In this document: positions 28,542 through 39,226 of the stretch, in pieces
How the letters are laid out: the number at the start of each line of letters is the position of its first letter
Position numbering within the stretch: position 1 is the stretch's first letter
NCBI GenBank assembly: GCA_031546705.1
Contig: JAVBJX010000004.1
Location: 142,712 to 206,711 of the forward strand
Length of the DNA: 64,000 bases
Direction of reading: 5' to 3'
Origin: Bacillales bacterium
Lineage (GTDB): Bacteria > Bacillota > Bacilli > Bacillales > JAVBJX01
The notes under the pieces: model-generated
Database searches by the model: none
What the model was told of the DNA's origin: nothing
The model's input: the letters and a program-made list of their open reading frames with translations, nothing else
Program-made: the position numbers and the translations under genes

Positions 28542-30424
28542 AGCCGACTCCGATTAGCTTTACGCATGGTATCTGTGATATTTCCTACTTCCTCAATAAA
28601 ATCCGCTTGGATGTCACTAAACTGTTCAATTAAATCGGTTACATTGGAAACTGCTAATTTCAATGTTTCATCAAAATGGTGATATGTTTTTGTTAAACCT
28701 GCATCAACATTATCAGCAAATTCTTTCATTGATGAATTTAACGCTTTTGTTGTACTACCAAATATTTCTTTTGTATCTGTCCAATTTTCTCTCATTATAT
28801 CCATTTGATCTTTCATATCACCCATATAACTTTTCGTTGTATCCAATGTTGCTAGCGTTGTTTTTGTTGTATCTTCACGAAGTCCAATGAGTTCTGGAAG
28901 CAACTCAGCTTGAGTTTTTTCCATCATTATGATCTGTTCTTGCAAAGTTTTAATCGTTACAAGTAGATTATGGAAGTCATTGGCAAATGGCGAAATCGTT
29001 TCTGTTGATTGTCCAATCAATTTAAGTAGTGTTTCTGATTCCGTTAGTGTCATTTGTTGCGTGCTTAATGTTCTTGTAAAATTACTAGACATATCTTTAA
29101 ATGAATCAGATAAGGTGAGGGATACGGTTACTAATTGATTGAGCAATTGCTCATATTTCTTCTCGACATCCCCTTGAAAACTTGCAAAACTTTCTACAAC
29201 ATTTTCATATTTAGATGCTAGAGAAATATTACTTTGCATTACTTGTTGTTGCACGGGTAATTGTTCCAAAGCTAAATGTTGCATTTGCTTAAAAGAACTA
29301 CCTAAATCAACCATGTAGGTAGATGCATCATTGTATGTATTTTGCATCGTGTTCATCTCACGAACAATATTGTCAAAATGCCCCATCATATTATCCGTTT
29401 GTTTAATCATAGATGTCTGTCTTTGTTCCGTATCAGAAAAACTACTAACCACTTTATCCATTGTGCTCATCATTGCTTTTTGCAGGCCTTGTGAATCATT
29501 AATCAACGTTGTTAAAAGTGAAATAGACTGTTCTGTACCACCTGTTACTTGGTCAATTAATTGCTTAGTCATGTCTGCACCAGTTGTTTTACTCATTTCC
29601 ATTTGCTGTTCCATCATTTTTGCTTGTGATTCCATACTTGTTTGCATTGCTCCAAATGATGTAGTGATTGGTTGCATTGTTTTTGTAAATACATCAGATA
29701 AAACCTTGTTCATTTGCTCTGTTTGATTACGAGTAAGTGATTCTAAACGATTTAAAAATACTTCTTCATCATCGGCACTAAGTAGAAAATCTAATCTTTC
29801 TGAATGCCAGTCAATACTAGATTCAATTGTGCTAGATAAAATACGGTCAAAAAACATCCAAAGAAGTGACAATACAACCCCAAGAGCAGAAGCATAGAAT
29901 GCTGTTTTCATTCCACCAAGTAAGGTCGTAATCCCAACACGCATCGCATCAGCATCACCTAAACTTAAATTTGCCATCCCAACAGAAAGCCCAATAAATG
30001 TATTTAAAATTCCAAGTGTAATAAATAATGTTCCACCAATATCCATTAAGGAACGTTGTGCCATAAAATGATACATTACATCATAGCCAAAAAATGGCTC
30101 GATTTTTATTTGCTCATTTCCTTGGCGTTCAATAATTCGCTCATAATAACGATTCCAGAGCATTTTATATTTCGAGTTTACTTTTTGACGTACAAAGAAG
30201 CTTTGCAAATCTGCTTCTACTTTTTCAATCCCGTGCGCCTTAGAAACTCCTACTAAGATAGCTTTCGCTTGTTTAAGCACAACGCTTTCTAACACAATTT
30301 TATATGTTTGCCATGCCAGTAGTGCGACAAACAAAAGTACTTGAAATAGTAAATAATAGCTTGTGAATCGCTCATGTCCAAAGTCATTAATTTTTTGTAA
30401 CAGCGATTCAAATAATTGATACAT
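28538..30424 (-). CDS. zorA: ZorA-like MotA/TolQ/ExbB protein with long helical tail
   Basis: 3 TM segments incl. TLGILNTFIGL and GMKTAFYASALG, then an about 430-aa M/Q/T/S-rich coiled-coil-like tail. Confidence 0.85.
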   Translation of the reverse strand: MYQLFESLLQKINDFGHERFTSYYLLFQVLLFVALLAWQTYKIVLESVVLKQAKAILVGVSKAHGIEKVEADLQSFFVRQKVNSKYKMLWNRYYERIIERQGNEQIKIEPFFGYDVMYHFMAQRSLMDIGGTLFITLGILNTFIGLSVGMANLSLGDADAMRVGITTLLGGMKTAFYASALGVVLSLLWMFFDRILSSTIESSIDWHSERLDFLLSADDEEVFLNRLESLTRNQTEQMNKVLSDVFTKTMQPITTSFGAMQTSMESQAKMMEQQMEMSKTTGADMTKQLIDQVTGGTEQSISLLTTLINDSQGLQKAMMSTMDKVVSSFSDTEQRQTSMIKQTDNMMGHFDNIVREMNTMQNTYNDASTYMVDLGSSFKQMQHLALEQLPVQQQVMQSNISLASKYENVVESFASFQGDVEKKYEQLLNQLVTVSLTLSDSFKDMSSNFTRTLSTQQMTLTESETLLKLIGQSTETISPFANDFHNLLVTIKTLQEQIIMMEKTQAELLPELIGLREDTTKTTLATLDTTKSYMGDMKDQMDIMRENWTDTKEIFGSTTKALNSSMKEFADNVDAGLTKTYHHFDETLKLAVSNVTDLIEQFSDIQADFIEEVGNITDTMRKANRSRL

Positions 30425-30660
30425 AAAAAAACCACCTTTCTTTGATGTCTATAACTAAAAATAAAATTGTTATAATATGTTCTCCAACTTCTTATTTTAC
30501 AATATATGTCAAAGAAGTAGTAGTGTTTTTTTACACTATGAACAAACAACTGCTTATCATTTAAGCCTACATCATGTTGTTTACCAATTCAATATTCAGT
30601 TCCAGACATCAGAAAGGGGCAAACGGGTTAAAAATACCCCGTTTGCCCCTTTCTCACTTC

Positions 30661-31500
30661 TTACCTTGAAAAATATTCTTCTAATGTAAAACCATTTTCA
30701 TAAATAATTTTTGCCACATCCACACCAACATATCTTAAATGCCAAGGTTCATATTTGTATTCTGTAATATTTTCTTTACTTTGAGGATAGCGAATAATAA
30801 ATCCATATTCATGTGCATGTTCTGCAAGCCATTTTCCTTCTATTGAATCTCCAAGTGATTGAACTAATGCATAGTGAACAGAAGGTGCCGAAACATCCAT
30901 AGCAAGACCAGTTTGATGCTCACTTTCACCAGGGTATGCAACGGAGCGTGATGCCTCTGCCGCACCTTTTTGTTTCACTTCGGCATTATACACTTCTTCT
31001 TGTCGTTTATAAGAGCGATAACCAGAAACTGCCGCTAAATTAATTTTATCCTTTTTTGCGGATTTAAATAATTTCTCTAAAGCATCCGCTGCTTCTTTTC
31101 GCATATGCCTTTTCTCTACTTTGGCATCTCCAAAGGAAAACACAACATTTGGTACACTCAAATCCTTTGGAATATAATCACTTGGTAGTAATTGTTTTTT
31201 TGTCACAAGTGATAAAATATTTTCTGGGTCTTGGATAGTTAGTTTTTTTGTTGTTTCTTGTGTGTTGCCATTCACAGGCTTTGTTTCATTTGGAGTGACT
31301 GTTGGTTTTTGTTCTGTAGAATTAGATGTTGCTTGTTCTTCTGGCTGTTTTGGCTCGGTTGGACTGGGCTTTACTTGCTCCACTGGTTGTTTTGTATTTT
31401 CTTCTGTCTTTGGTGTTTTAATCTGTTCTGTTTCTTTATTACTTGTACATGCAGTTGTTATAGTCAGCAGCAACACCACAAACCATTTTATTTTTTTCAT
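30661..31500 (-). CDS. yodJ: M15B D,D-carboxypeptidase lipoprotein (VanY/YodJ-like)
   Basis: Lipobox TTAC, SGYRSY, SEHQTGLAMD, YEPWHLRYVG; next to deoD. Confidence 0.85.
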   Translation of the reverse strand: MKKIKWFVVLLLTITTACTSNKETEQIKTPKTEENTKQPVEQVKPSPTEPKQPEEQATSNSTEQKPTVTPNETKPVNGNTQETTKKLTIQDPENILSLVTKKQLLPSDYIPKDLSVPNVVFSFGDAKVEKRHMRKEAADALEKLFKSAKKDKINLAAVSGYRSYKRQEEVYNAEVKQKGAAEASRSVAYPGESEHQTGLAMDVSAPSVHYALVQSLGDSIEGKWLAEHAHEYGFIIRYPQSKENITEYKYEPWHLRYVGVDVAKIIYENGFTLEEYFSR

Positions 31501-31681
31501 TATTTCACCTTACTTCTTTCTTCGTTCCCATTATTTCATAAAAAACAAACTAGGACTACGTATGATTTGAATGATTTTAGTGAAAGTTTGGTTCACCAAA
31601 ACATCGATTTCACTCAATTTTGGCAATCAGACTTTCAGTAGTATGAGGCAATCGAGGTATACATACTCCGATTGCCTCATA

Positions 31682-32383
31682 CTATCGTATCGCTGCCTCT
31701 AAAGCAATAACCATCATTTCATGAAAGGTCGTTTGTCTTTCTTCTGCCGTTGTTTCTTCTCCAGTAATAATATGATCGCTCACTGTTAAAACAGATAACG
31801 CTTTTCGCCCGAATTTTGCCGCTAATGTGTATAATGCTGTTGTTTCCATTTCCACCGCCAAAATACCATATTCCGCTAATTTCTCCCATTGTGGATTTTC
31901 ATTATAGAATATATCTGACGTAAAAATATTGCCAACCTTTAATGATACACCTTTTTCTGTGCCAATATCATAGGCATTTTTTAATAGAGGAAAATCAGCA
32001 GTTGGAGCAAAATCAATGGTTGGAAAGACTAGACGATTCATATTGGAGTGCGTTGAACTTGTCATTGCCAAAATAACATCACGCACACGCACATCTTTTT
32101 GAATTGCTCCACACGTTCCAACTCGAATCAATGTTTGAACATCGTAACTTTGCATTAGTTCTGTTGCATAAATCGAAATAGACGGTACACCCATTCCAGT
32201 TCCTTGCGTAGATACACGCACACCTTTATATGTACCAGTAAATCCGTACATCCCACGAACTTCATTATAACAAGTAACATCCTCTAAGAAATTCTCCGCA
32301 ATGTATTTTGCTCGAAGTGGATCACCGGGTAATAAAATTTTGTCAGCAATTTCGCCTTGCTTAGCACCAATATGAATACTCAT
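31682..32383 (-). CDS. deoD: Purine nucleoside phosphorylase DeoD
   Basis: [27 protein letters not shown]; start at MSIHIG. Confidence 0.95.
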   Translation of the reverse strand: MSIHIGAKQGEIADKILLPGDPLRAKYIAENFLEDVTCYNEVRGMYGFTGTYKGVRVSTQGTGMGVPSISIYATELMQSYDVQTLIRVGTCGAIQKDVRVRDVILAMTSSTHSNMNRLVFPTIDFAPTADFPLLKNAYDIGTEKGVSLKVGNIFTSDIFYNENPQWEKLAEYGILAVEMETTALYTLAAKFGRKALSVLTVSDHIITGEETTAEERQTTFHEMMVIALEAAIR

Positions 32384-32402
32384 CAAATCGCTCCCTAGTT
32401 TT

Positions 32403-32747
32403 TCATCCACTATACCATAAATCAGTTGCGTCTGTAACTATCTGTATCTCCATTTTTCGCCAACCATCCGCACATAACTTGTACTGTGTCTTTCCAAGCC
32501 AACCTTCATCGAGTATTACAACATCACCGGTTGTCATAAACCTTGCTCTGTAATCCTTCGGGAGTAAATCACTCACATTACACATTTGGTACACTTTATC
32601 AATTGCCTTACTTTTACTTTCTGCATATATAGTCAAACGAGCTACTTCCTCATATCCTGTTGACATTCCATAATTTGGTGTTTGAAAAATGGTCACATCA
32701 AAACTTCTTATTTTTGCTAATTTTTTTCGTAGAAATCCCATTACCAT
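32403..32747 (-). CDS. yodL: YodL-domain protein
   Basis: FDVTIFQTP...[19 protein letters not shown]; synteny with deoD. Confidence 0.7.
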   Translation of the reverse strand: MVMGFLRKKLAKIRSFDVTIFQTPNYGMSTGYEEVARLTIYAESKSKAIDKVYQMCNVSDLLPKDYRARFMTTGDVVILDEGWLGKTQYKLCADGWRKMEIQIVTDATDLWYSG

Positions 32748-33031
32748 TTGTATGACCCTCCTCAAATATTCCTTATCCATACAAATTAGCTACTATACCG
32801 ATTATTTCCTTTCGCTAATTTCCACTTCTTTTGTCAGTTTATGTTTTTCTTTAGACAAAAAATAAGAGTCTAGAGTAATTTCTAGCGGAATACACTTGTA
32901 AAAAATGCAAAGGACGTGCCTGTATGGAACAAGAGGATTTTATTACCGATGTTATGGAGCGTATTACAGTGAAATTATTTTTCTTTGTTGTATCTTTAGG
33001 AACTCCTTTACTTATCTATATGTTTATTTCC

Positions 33032-33640
33032 TTATTCACCTCGTAATTTTTGCATAATCTCATTCATTGCTTGTTTGTATGATTCGTCTTGAAACCATTC
33101 ATATAACATTTTATAATCATTATATTCATCTAGCCATTGATTCATTGTTTTCTGTTCATTCTTCTTTACTGGAGCTGGCAAGGAAAGTGGTCGTGTCCAT
33201 GTTAACTCTTTAGAAAAAAGTTCTTCTACCGCTAATTTTGTTTTTGGAATCATATCTTCAATACTTACCTCTAACATTTCTTTACTTACTATATTTTCCA
33301 GTTCAAAAATAACTTCTTCCCATCCATCTTCTTCATATCTCCATATTTCAATCCGAATACCAATAATTTTAAAATCCGCCGTACCCTGTCCCTTTACATT
33401 GACAATTTCCCCAAATGCAAACGGCAAATCCATTTCAATCTTCTCTGCCATAAATACTTCCCCCTCATAATCATTAAAAAGAATTAGGTTATTTTCTGCA
33501 TATAACTCTTCACTGTGATTCACTTCATACACAAAACGAGCATCCACTTCCTGAATATTAGTCACCATACCAACGGTTCCATACAACGTATTCACAACAA
33601 CATCACCAACAGAAAATTTTGCTTTTTCAAAAGAACCCAT
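33032..33640 (-). CDS. YodN-like hypothetical protein with C-terminal IDEAL-like segment
   Basis: KFSVGDVVVNTLYGTVG, EIWRYEEDGWEEVIFEL, LDEYNDYKMLYEWFQDESY. Confidence 0.7.
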   Translation of the reverse strand: MGSFEKAKFSVGDVVVNTLYGTVGMVTNIQEVDARFVYEVNHSEELYAENNLILFNDYEGEVFMAEKIEMDLPFAFGEIVNVKGQGTADFKIIGIRIEIWRYEEDGWEEVIFELENIVSKEMLEVSIEDMIPKTKLAVEELFSKELTWTRPLSLPAPVKKNEQKTMNQWLDEYNDYKMLYEWFQDESYKQAMNEIMQKLRGE

Positions 33641-33772
33641 TGTCCTCCCCCTCATTCAACTTTTCTTACTTATTTATATGATGAGGAGGCAAAAGGGGTG
33701 AACTTTCCGCTCACTAAAACACTTCAAAGATAGCTACATCCCATTAAAGATGATATACTACCGAAAAAAAGG

Positions 33773-34156
33773 TTGAAGACTATGTTACTTCTATTTATCG
33801 TTGGCTTAGGTGGCTTTATTGGAACTTGCTTGCGTTACATTGTTTCACTGCTATGTACACATTATTTTAAAACACAACTACCGTTAGCTACATTTATTGT
33901 AAATATTATTGGTTGTATTATTATTGGCTTTGTGATGATTTCTTGTACAAAATTAAACATATCTCCAGCAACAAAATTATTTTTAACAACAGGTATGATG
34001 GGCGGACTAACTACTTTTTCCACATTTAGTTATGAAACCGTTATGTTCATTAATAATCAACAATATTTTCTCGCTTGTTTAAATGTATTGGCAAATGTCG
34101 TGTTGGGAATTATTGGTGTTTGGATTGGAATGAGTTTGTCTAATGTTTTACATTAA
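33773..34156 (+). CDS. crcB: Fluoride channel CrcB/Fluc
   Basis: GGFIGTCLRY, TFIVNIIG, GGLTTFSTF. Confidence 0.9.
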   Translation: MKTMLLLFIVGLGGFIGTCLRYIVSLLCTHYFKTQLPLATFIVNIIGCIIIGFVMISCTKLNISPATKLFLTTGMMGGLTTFSTFSYETVMFINNQQYFLACLNVLANVVLGIIGVWIGMSLSNVLH

Positions 34157-34235
34157 AAAAATAAATAGACTTGAAACAAAGGGAGAAAAAAACACCTCCA
34201 ATTGTCTCAAGCCCATTTAAAACAACTTCTAGATT

Positions 34236-37200
34236 TTACTCTTCATCTCTTATATTCTTCACTAATAAATTATTTGTTATCTCCAAACTACGCTCATAAT
34301 CAAAACTATCCATCGCTTCAGAAATACACGTTAGTTCAGCATCGATTTCTTCTCCAAATGTGAACTTCTTAAGTTTATCCAACTCTTTTCTTGCACTCGT
34401 ATCATCAAAACCATCGAGAGCACTATATATCCCCTCAAGAGTGGTATGAAGTAGTTCCTTGTCTCCCTGCGGACGGAGGGTTGCTTCTTCTTTAAAAATG
34501 CTATCTAGTTGTCTTCTAAATTCTTCTAACTGTTCCAGTAAAGGAGGAAAATATTCTTGACAAAATTCAAAATCATTTGCCTTCGCTGCCTCTTCTAGTT
34601 TCCCAGCCTGTTCCGATATATACATCGCTCCAATATTAGCGAAAGAACCTTTGATTCCATGGACTGAAATAGCAAATTTATTTAACTCTATTTTTAAAAA
34701 CAACTGCATTTCTTCGCATAATTGTGGTAGCTTTCTATTCACTAAAACAAGTGATTGTTCATACACATCTTGCATTCCTTGAACTCGTTCAAGACCTAAT
34801 TCTACATTAAGTCCTGTAACATTTGTTGCTAACTGTAACTTATCTGTATAGCCTTGCTTCAGATCTCCTTTTCTCTCACGTTTCACGGAAACTTTCTCTT
34901 TTGGAAGCCATTTTGCTAGTATTTGATTCAATAATATTTTATCTATTGGTTTTGATAAGAAATCATTCATTCCTGCGGATAGAAACATTTCTCTAGCCCC
35001 AGCAACAGCATTAGCTGTTAGAGCAATGATCGGTAACTCTTTGTACTTCTCCCCAAAACTTCTAATCACAGTTGTCGCTTCTATCCCATCCATTTCTGGC
35101 ATCATATGATCCATAAACACTAAATCATAATCCTTCTCCAGCACTTTCTCGAGTGCTTCTTTCCCAGAAAAAGCCATATCACAATCAATTGAGCATAGTT
35201 TTAACAAACCTGCACCAACGTGAAGATTAATTTCATTGTCATCAACTAGCAAAATATTTGCTTCTGGGGCATAAATGAACTCAAAGATGTCTTCTTGATT
35301 AGTAAGTTGTGTTTCATCTCCTAGAATCAGTGGTATTTCGATATGAAACGTACTACCCACTCCATACTCACTATCTATTGAAATATGTCCATCCATCATT
35401 TCTACTAAATTTTTCGTAATAGATAGCCCTAGTCCAGTGCCTACAACTTGTCTATTTTTTTTCGTATCCGCTTGTTCAAAAGGACGAAACAGATGAGCTA
35501 TGTCTTCTGCCTTTATTCCTCTTCCTGTATCTTCTATATCAAACTGAATCTTATCTTCATGAATCATCACTTTGAATTTGACGTGTCCAGATTTTATAAA
35601 TTTGATAGCATTACCTAGAATATTGACAAGGATTTGTCTTAGTCGTACATCGTCTCCATACAGACAAATAGGCATATAATTCACTGGCACTTCTAAAATA
35701 AATTCCACGTTTTCTTTCCCTTGCACTGCAAAAGACATAATAGAGGCTACGTTATCTACAAGTAACGGAAAATGATAATGTATCGGAATTAAATTTAACT
35801 TTCCCGCTTCAATTTTTGATAGGTCAAGGATATCATTAATAATACCCAGTAAAGAGGAAGAAGAAATTTTAATATCGTTTACATACCCGAATTGCCTTAA
35901 AGATAAATCTTCAGACAATAGTAACTCTGACATACCGATAATAGCATTCATCGGTGTCCTGATTTCATGAGACATATTCGCTAAAAATTGATTTTTTACT
36001 TTCGTTGCACTTTCTGCAATCATTCTTGCCTTATTTGCCTCTTCCGTCATTAATTGTAATTCACTTGTTCTCTCTTCTACTTTTTCTTCTAGTTCTTCTG
36101 AAAACTTCTTCTGTTTTTCCGATAGTTCATAGAAATGCATAATAACAATAAGCATATTTAATAACACAAAAATGATTAAGCCTACTGGCACTTGATCTCC
36201 TCTTGTAAAAACATTTGGCAATATTTGTGCTGTGTATAACATGTCATTGATGCCGGCCCATGCCAACATGAGAAAACCTAGGCCCCATAACACAATTTTC
36301 CGTTTATCTTCACTAACCCTTAATTCCCTAATCATTCCATAAATAATTAATAAAATATCCACACCTGTAACTATGTCGTAGGACACCAATAATTGTGTAT
36401 ATACCCTTGAATCTAACACAAAAACACTAAGGCAAAACAACATTGTTACAATCAAAATAGCTTGTATTAAGCGTTTTGGAATAGCTTTTGGGAAAAGCTC
36501 AGTGAAAAAAAGAAACAGAAACAGCACCCCAAGATAAAAAGAAATATATTCCGCTATAAGTCCAATAGTTGCTGTCATATTCGGAAGAATATAATAGGCA
36601 ATATATTCCGTAATTAACATTTGCCTAACAAAAATCATCAGACACGTCAATGCAAAATACAAAAATAATTTTTGTTTTGAATAAAAAAAGTAAATACTGA
36701 TGAGCGAAACAAAAAAGGCAAGTAAATAACCAGCAATGATTGAAAATCGAAATAAACTCGCACTTGCATATGTTAACATAGTTGCTTGATCAGCAAACTT
36801 TACACTTGCGGTTATACCACTACTTCGATGGTGAAAGTTAGAAATTTGAATTAAAATTTCAATCTTTCCATTTTTGGAAGGAAAGTACAAGACATTCTTA
36901 CCAGTTTCAGGAATCATTTCCTCCCTTGTCTTCCCAACTTTTCCTTTCCCATGATACTCTTCACCATTGACAAAAATTCGGTAGGCATAGTTCATATATG
37001 TAAACGAGGCTCCATAAAAAACACCATCGTCTCCCGTATTTATATCCATCTTATATGTTCCATATTTGACGTTTGAAAGGTTCTTATCTGGTTGATTATT
37101 ATGTTCTAGTGCAAGAGGAACTATCACTTTTGTGCTTTTATGTATAGAATTCAAATCAGTTGGAGAAATAAATTGATTTGAATAAAAATTCCATACCCCA

Positions 37201-37430
37201 TCCAAATCAATTACTTTACCATTCATATTCTCATAATTTACTTCACCATCTATAATATTTACATCTTCTTCAGGTATAATTGATGTCAATAAAGTCCGAA
37301 TTACCAAAGCAATTAATAAAACACAAATAATTCTAATTCCCCATTTCAACCATGTCAATTTTTTCAATTTATTGTTCACATCCCTTGTATTCCTAACTAC
37401 TATTGTCCGAGTCATTGGGAATTTTGTCAA
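34236..37430 (-). CDS. Hybrid sensor histidine kinase (extracellular sugar-binding-like domain + 7TM-DISM + HisKA + HATPase + REC + Hpt)
   Basis: IDLDGVWNFY; 7 TM segments; FLANMSHEIRTPMN; GTGLGL; VDDN...FMDHMMP...SKP; VHGIKG Hpt. Exact start uncertain. Confidence 0.88.
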   Translation of the reverse strand: MTKFPMTRTIVVRNTRDVNNKLKKLTWLKWGIRIICVLLIALVIRTLLTSIIPEEDVNIIDGEVNYENMNGKVIDLDGVWNFYSNQFISPTDLNSIHKSTKVIVPLALEHNNQPDKNLSNVKYGTYKMDINTGDDGVFYGASFTYMNYAYRIFVNGEEYHGKGKVGKTREEMIPETGKNVLYFPSKNGKIEILIQISNFHHRSSGITASVKFADQATMLTYASASLFRFSIIAGYLLAFFVSLISIYFFYSKQKLFLYFALTCLMIFVRQMLITEYIAYYILPNMTATIGLIAEYISFYLGVLFLFLFFTELFPKAIPKRLIQAILIVTMLFCLSVFVLDSRVYTQLLVSYDIVTGVDILLIIYGMIRELRVSEDKRKIVLWGLGFLMLAWAGINDMLYTAQILPNVFTRGDQVPVGLIIFVLLNMLIVIMHFYELSEKQKKFSEELEEKVEERTSELQLMTEEANKARMIAESATKVKNQFLANMSHEIRTPMNAIIGMSELLLSEDLSLRQFGYVNDIKISSSSLLGIINDILDLSKIEAGKLNLIPIHYHFPLLVDNVASIMSFAVQGKENVEFILEVPVNYMPICLYGDDVRLRQILVNILGNAIKFIKSGHVKFKVMIHEDKIQFDIEDTGRGIKAEDIAHLFRPFEQADTKKNRQVVGTGLGLSITKNLVEMMDGHISIDSEYGVGSTFHIEIPLILGDETQLTNQEDIFEFIYAPEANILLVDDNEINLHVGAGLLKLCSIDCDMAFSGKEALEKVLEKDYDLVFMDHMMPEMDGIEATTVIRSFGEKYKELPIIALTANAVAGAREMFLSAGMNDFLSKPIDKILLNQILAKWLPKEKVSVKRERKGDLKQGYTDKLQLATNVTGLNVELGLERVQGMQDVYEQSLVLVNRKLPQLCEEMQLFLKIELNKFAISVHGIKGSFANIGAMYISEQAGKLEEAAKANDFEFCQEYFPPLLEQLEEFRRQLDSIFKEEATLRPQGDKELLHTTLEGIYSALDGFDDTSARKELDKLKKFTFGEEIDAELTCISEAMDSFDYERSLEITNNLLVKNIRDEE

Positions 37431-37560
37431 TACCTATTCAACAATCTATAAGAAAAAAGTTATGTAACTGGACAAAAAAATGACCGATGAATGAAAAATA
37501 CACTCATCGGTCACTTCTAATATTATAAGCAGTTTCAAGTCTACCATTTAGCTCTTTATC

Positions 37561-38997
37561 CTATACTAACTTTTGGATAATATCTCTCGCAATCCAAACA
37601 CCACATGCACTTGCTTGAGCAAGCCCACGTGTAATTCCTGCCCCATCTCCACCAACATATAATCCTGAAATCTCTGTTTCAAAACGATCAGTCAATTTAG
37701 GGCGAGCAGAATAGAATTTTGCTTCAATCCCATAGAACAATGTGTGGTCAGATGCTAATCCAGGAGTTACTTTATCAAGAGCTTCCACCATTTCTATTAA
37801 ACTCTTCATTGTATTATATGGTAGTACAAGCCCTAAATCCCCGGGAACGGCTTCTTTCATTGTTGGCTCAATAAACCCTTCTTTGATACGCTTCTCTGTA
37901 GAACGGCGACCCCGAAGAATATCTCCATACTTCTGCACAATAATTCCACCACTTGATAAACTATTTGCGAGTTTAGAAACTTCGTGAGCGTACTCATTTG
38001 GACGATCAAATGGATCTTCAAATGTATGTGACACAAGTAAAGCAAAGTTTGTGTTCGGGCTTCCAAGATTCGGATCTCGATAGGCATGTCCATTTGCTAA
38101 CATAATACCCGAATGATTTTCAACAACGACATGACCAGAAGGATTACTACAAAATGTCCGAACCTTTGTCCCAACAGATGTATTAAAAATAAATTTCCCT
38201 TCATACAAATGCTCATTAATTTCTTCCATTACAATATTTGATGTTTCCACACGCACACCAATATCTACTTGATTATTAATCATTTTAAAACGACGTTTTT
38301 TTAATATTTTAGCAAGCCATGCTGAACCATCACGCCCAGGTGTAATCACTACTTTTTTCGCATGAACTTGTGTGCCGTTTTTTAGTTCAATTCCCGTTGC
38401 AGTGTAGTTATTTTCCACTATATCTGTAAGGATATCTTCAATTTCTGTTTTATACACCATGTCAATCTTTTCACTCAAATAGTCATAAATACTCTTTAAG
38501 ATTTCTAGATTTTGTTCTGTTCCTAAATGACGAACTTGGGCACGAAGCAATTTCAAACCTGCCGCATAGCCACGCTTTTCAATATCACGTACTTTATCTG
38601 TTAATGGATCAGTAATATTTTCTGTTGCTCCATGTGTTAAATTAATTTCATCCACATACGTAATAAGTTCCAGCACATCAGAGTTAGACAAATAATCTGT
38701 CATCCAACCACCAAACTCACTCGTAATATTAAATTTCCCATCAGAATAAGCTCCTGCTCCACCAAAACCATTCGTAATTGAACACGCAGGCAAACACCCC
38801 GCAAATTCTTTCTTTCCTGCTGCTGGGGGACATTTATCTATTCTTTTTTGTAAAATCGGACAATGCCTCTTAAAAATATCATGCCCTTTGTCTATTAAAA
38901 GAACTCTTGCATTTGGCATTTTCAGTGTTAATTCATAACAAGTAAAAATCCCTGCAGGTCCTGCACCAACAACAATAACATCATATTCAGATTTCAT
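37561..38997 (-). CDS. NAD(P)/FAD-dependent oxidoreductase
   Basis: VVGAGPAG, GGAGAYSDGK, DIGVRVE, GDGAGITRGL. Confidence 0.85.
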   Translation of the reverse strand: MKSEYDVIVVGAGPAGIFTCYELTLKMPNARVLLIDKGHDIFKRHCPILQKRIDKCPPAAGKKEFAGCLPACSITNGFGGAGAYSDGKFNITSEFGGWMTDYLSNSDVLELITYVDEINLTHGATENITDPLTDKVRDIEKRGYAAGLKLLRAQVRHLGTEQNLEILKSIYDYLSEKIDMVYKTEIEDILTDIVENNYTATGIELKNGTQVHAKKVVITPGRDGSAWLAKILKKRRFKMINNQVDIGVRVETSNIVMEEINEHLYEGKFIFNTSVGTKVRTFCSNPSGHVVVENHSGIMLANGHAYRDPNLGSPNTNFALLVSHTFEDPFDRPNEYAHEVSKLANSLSSGGIIVQKYGDILRGRRSTEKRIKEGFIEPTMKEAVPGDLGLVLPYNTMKSLIEMVEALDKVTPGLASDHTLFYGIEAKFYSARPKLTDRFETEISGLYVGGDGAGITRGLAQASACGVWIARDIIQKLV

Positions 38998-39226
38998 ATG
39001 GGCGTCTCCCTCCCTTTTATTCATAATCAATGCCACTATAACAAACACTTTTCATCTCGTCAATTTAAAAAATAAAAATTGGCTGATACTTAAAGTCTTT
39101 ATGTAAGGTTTTTAGCGTTTAAGATTGGCGCACTAAAGTGTTGATTTTTTTGTGTTTTGACAGCCAATCCTAAGCACAAGTTTGGGACAATTGGAGTAAA
39201 ATACACCCCAATTGTCCCATTTGTGT

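Noticed and set aside
27870-30424. Flagellar stator motAB or exbBD
   Set aside because: The A subunit has a very long C-terminal tail, the pair is coupled to an EH-signature gene, and no flagellar or TonB genes are nearby; Zorya fits better.
1-30424. Single defence island joining pAgo and Zorya
   Set aside because: They are about 24 kb apart and separated by housekeeping operons; more likely independent insertions.
33680-33765. Fluoride riboswitch upstream of crcB
   Set aside because: Only a loose GATGAT..CTAC resemblance; the 5' GGxGATGGxGTTCxCC element and pseudoknot pairing are absent.
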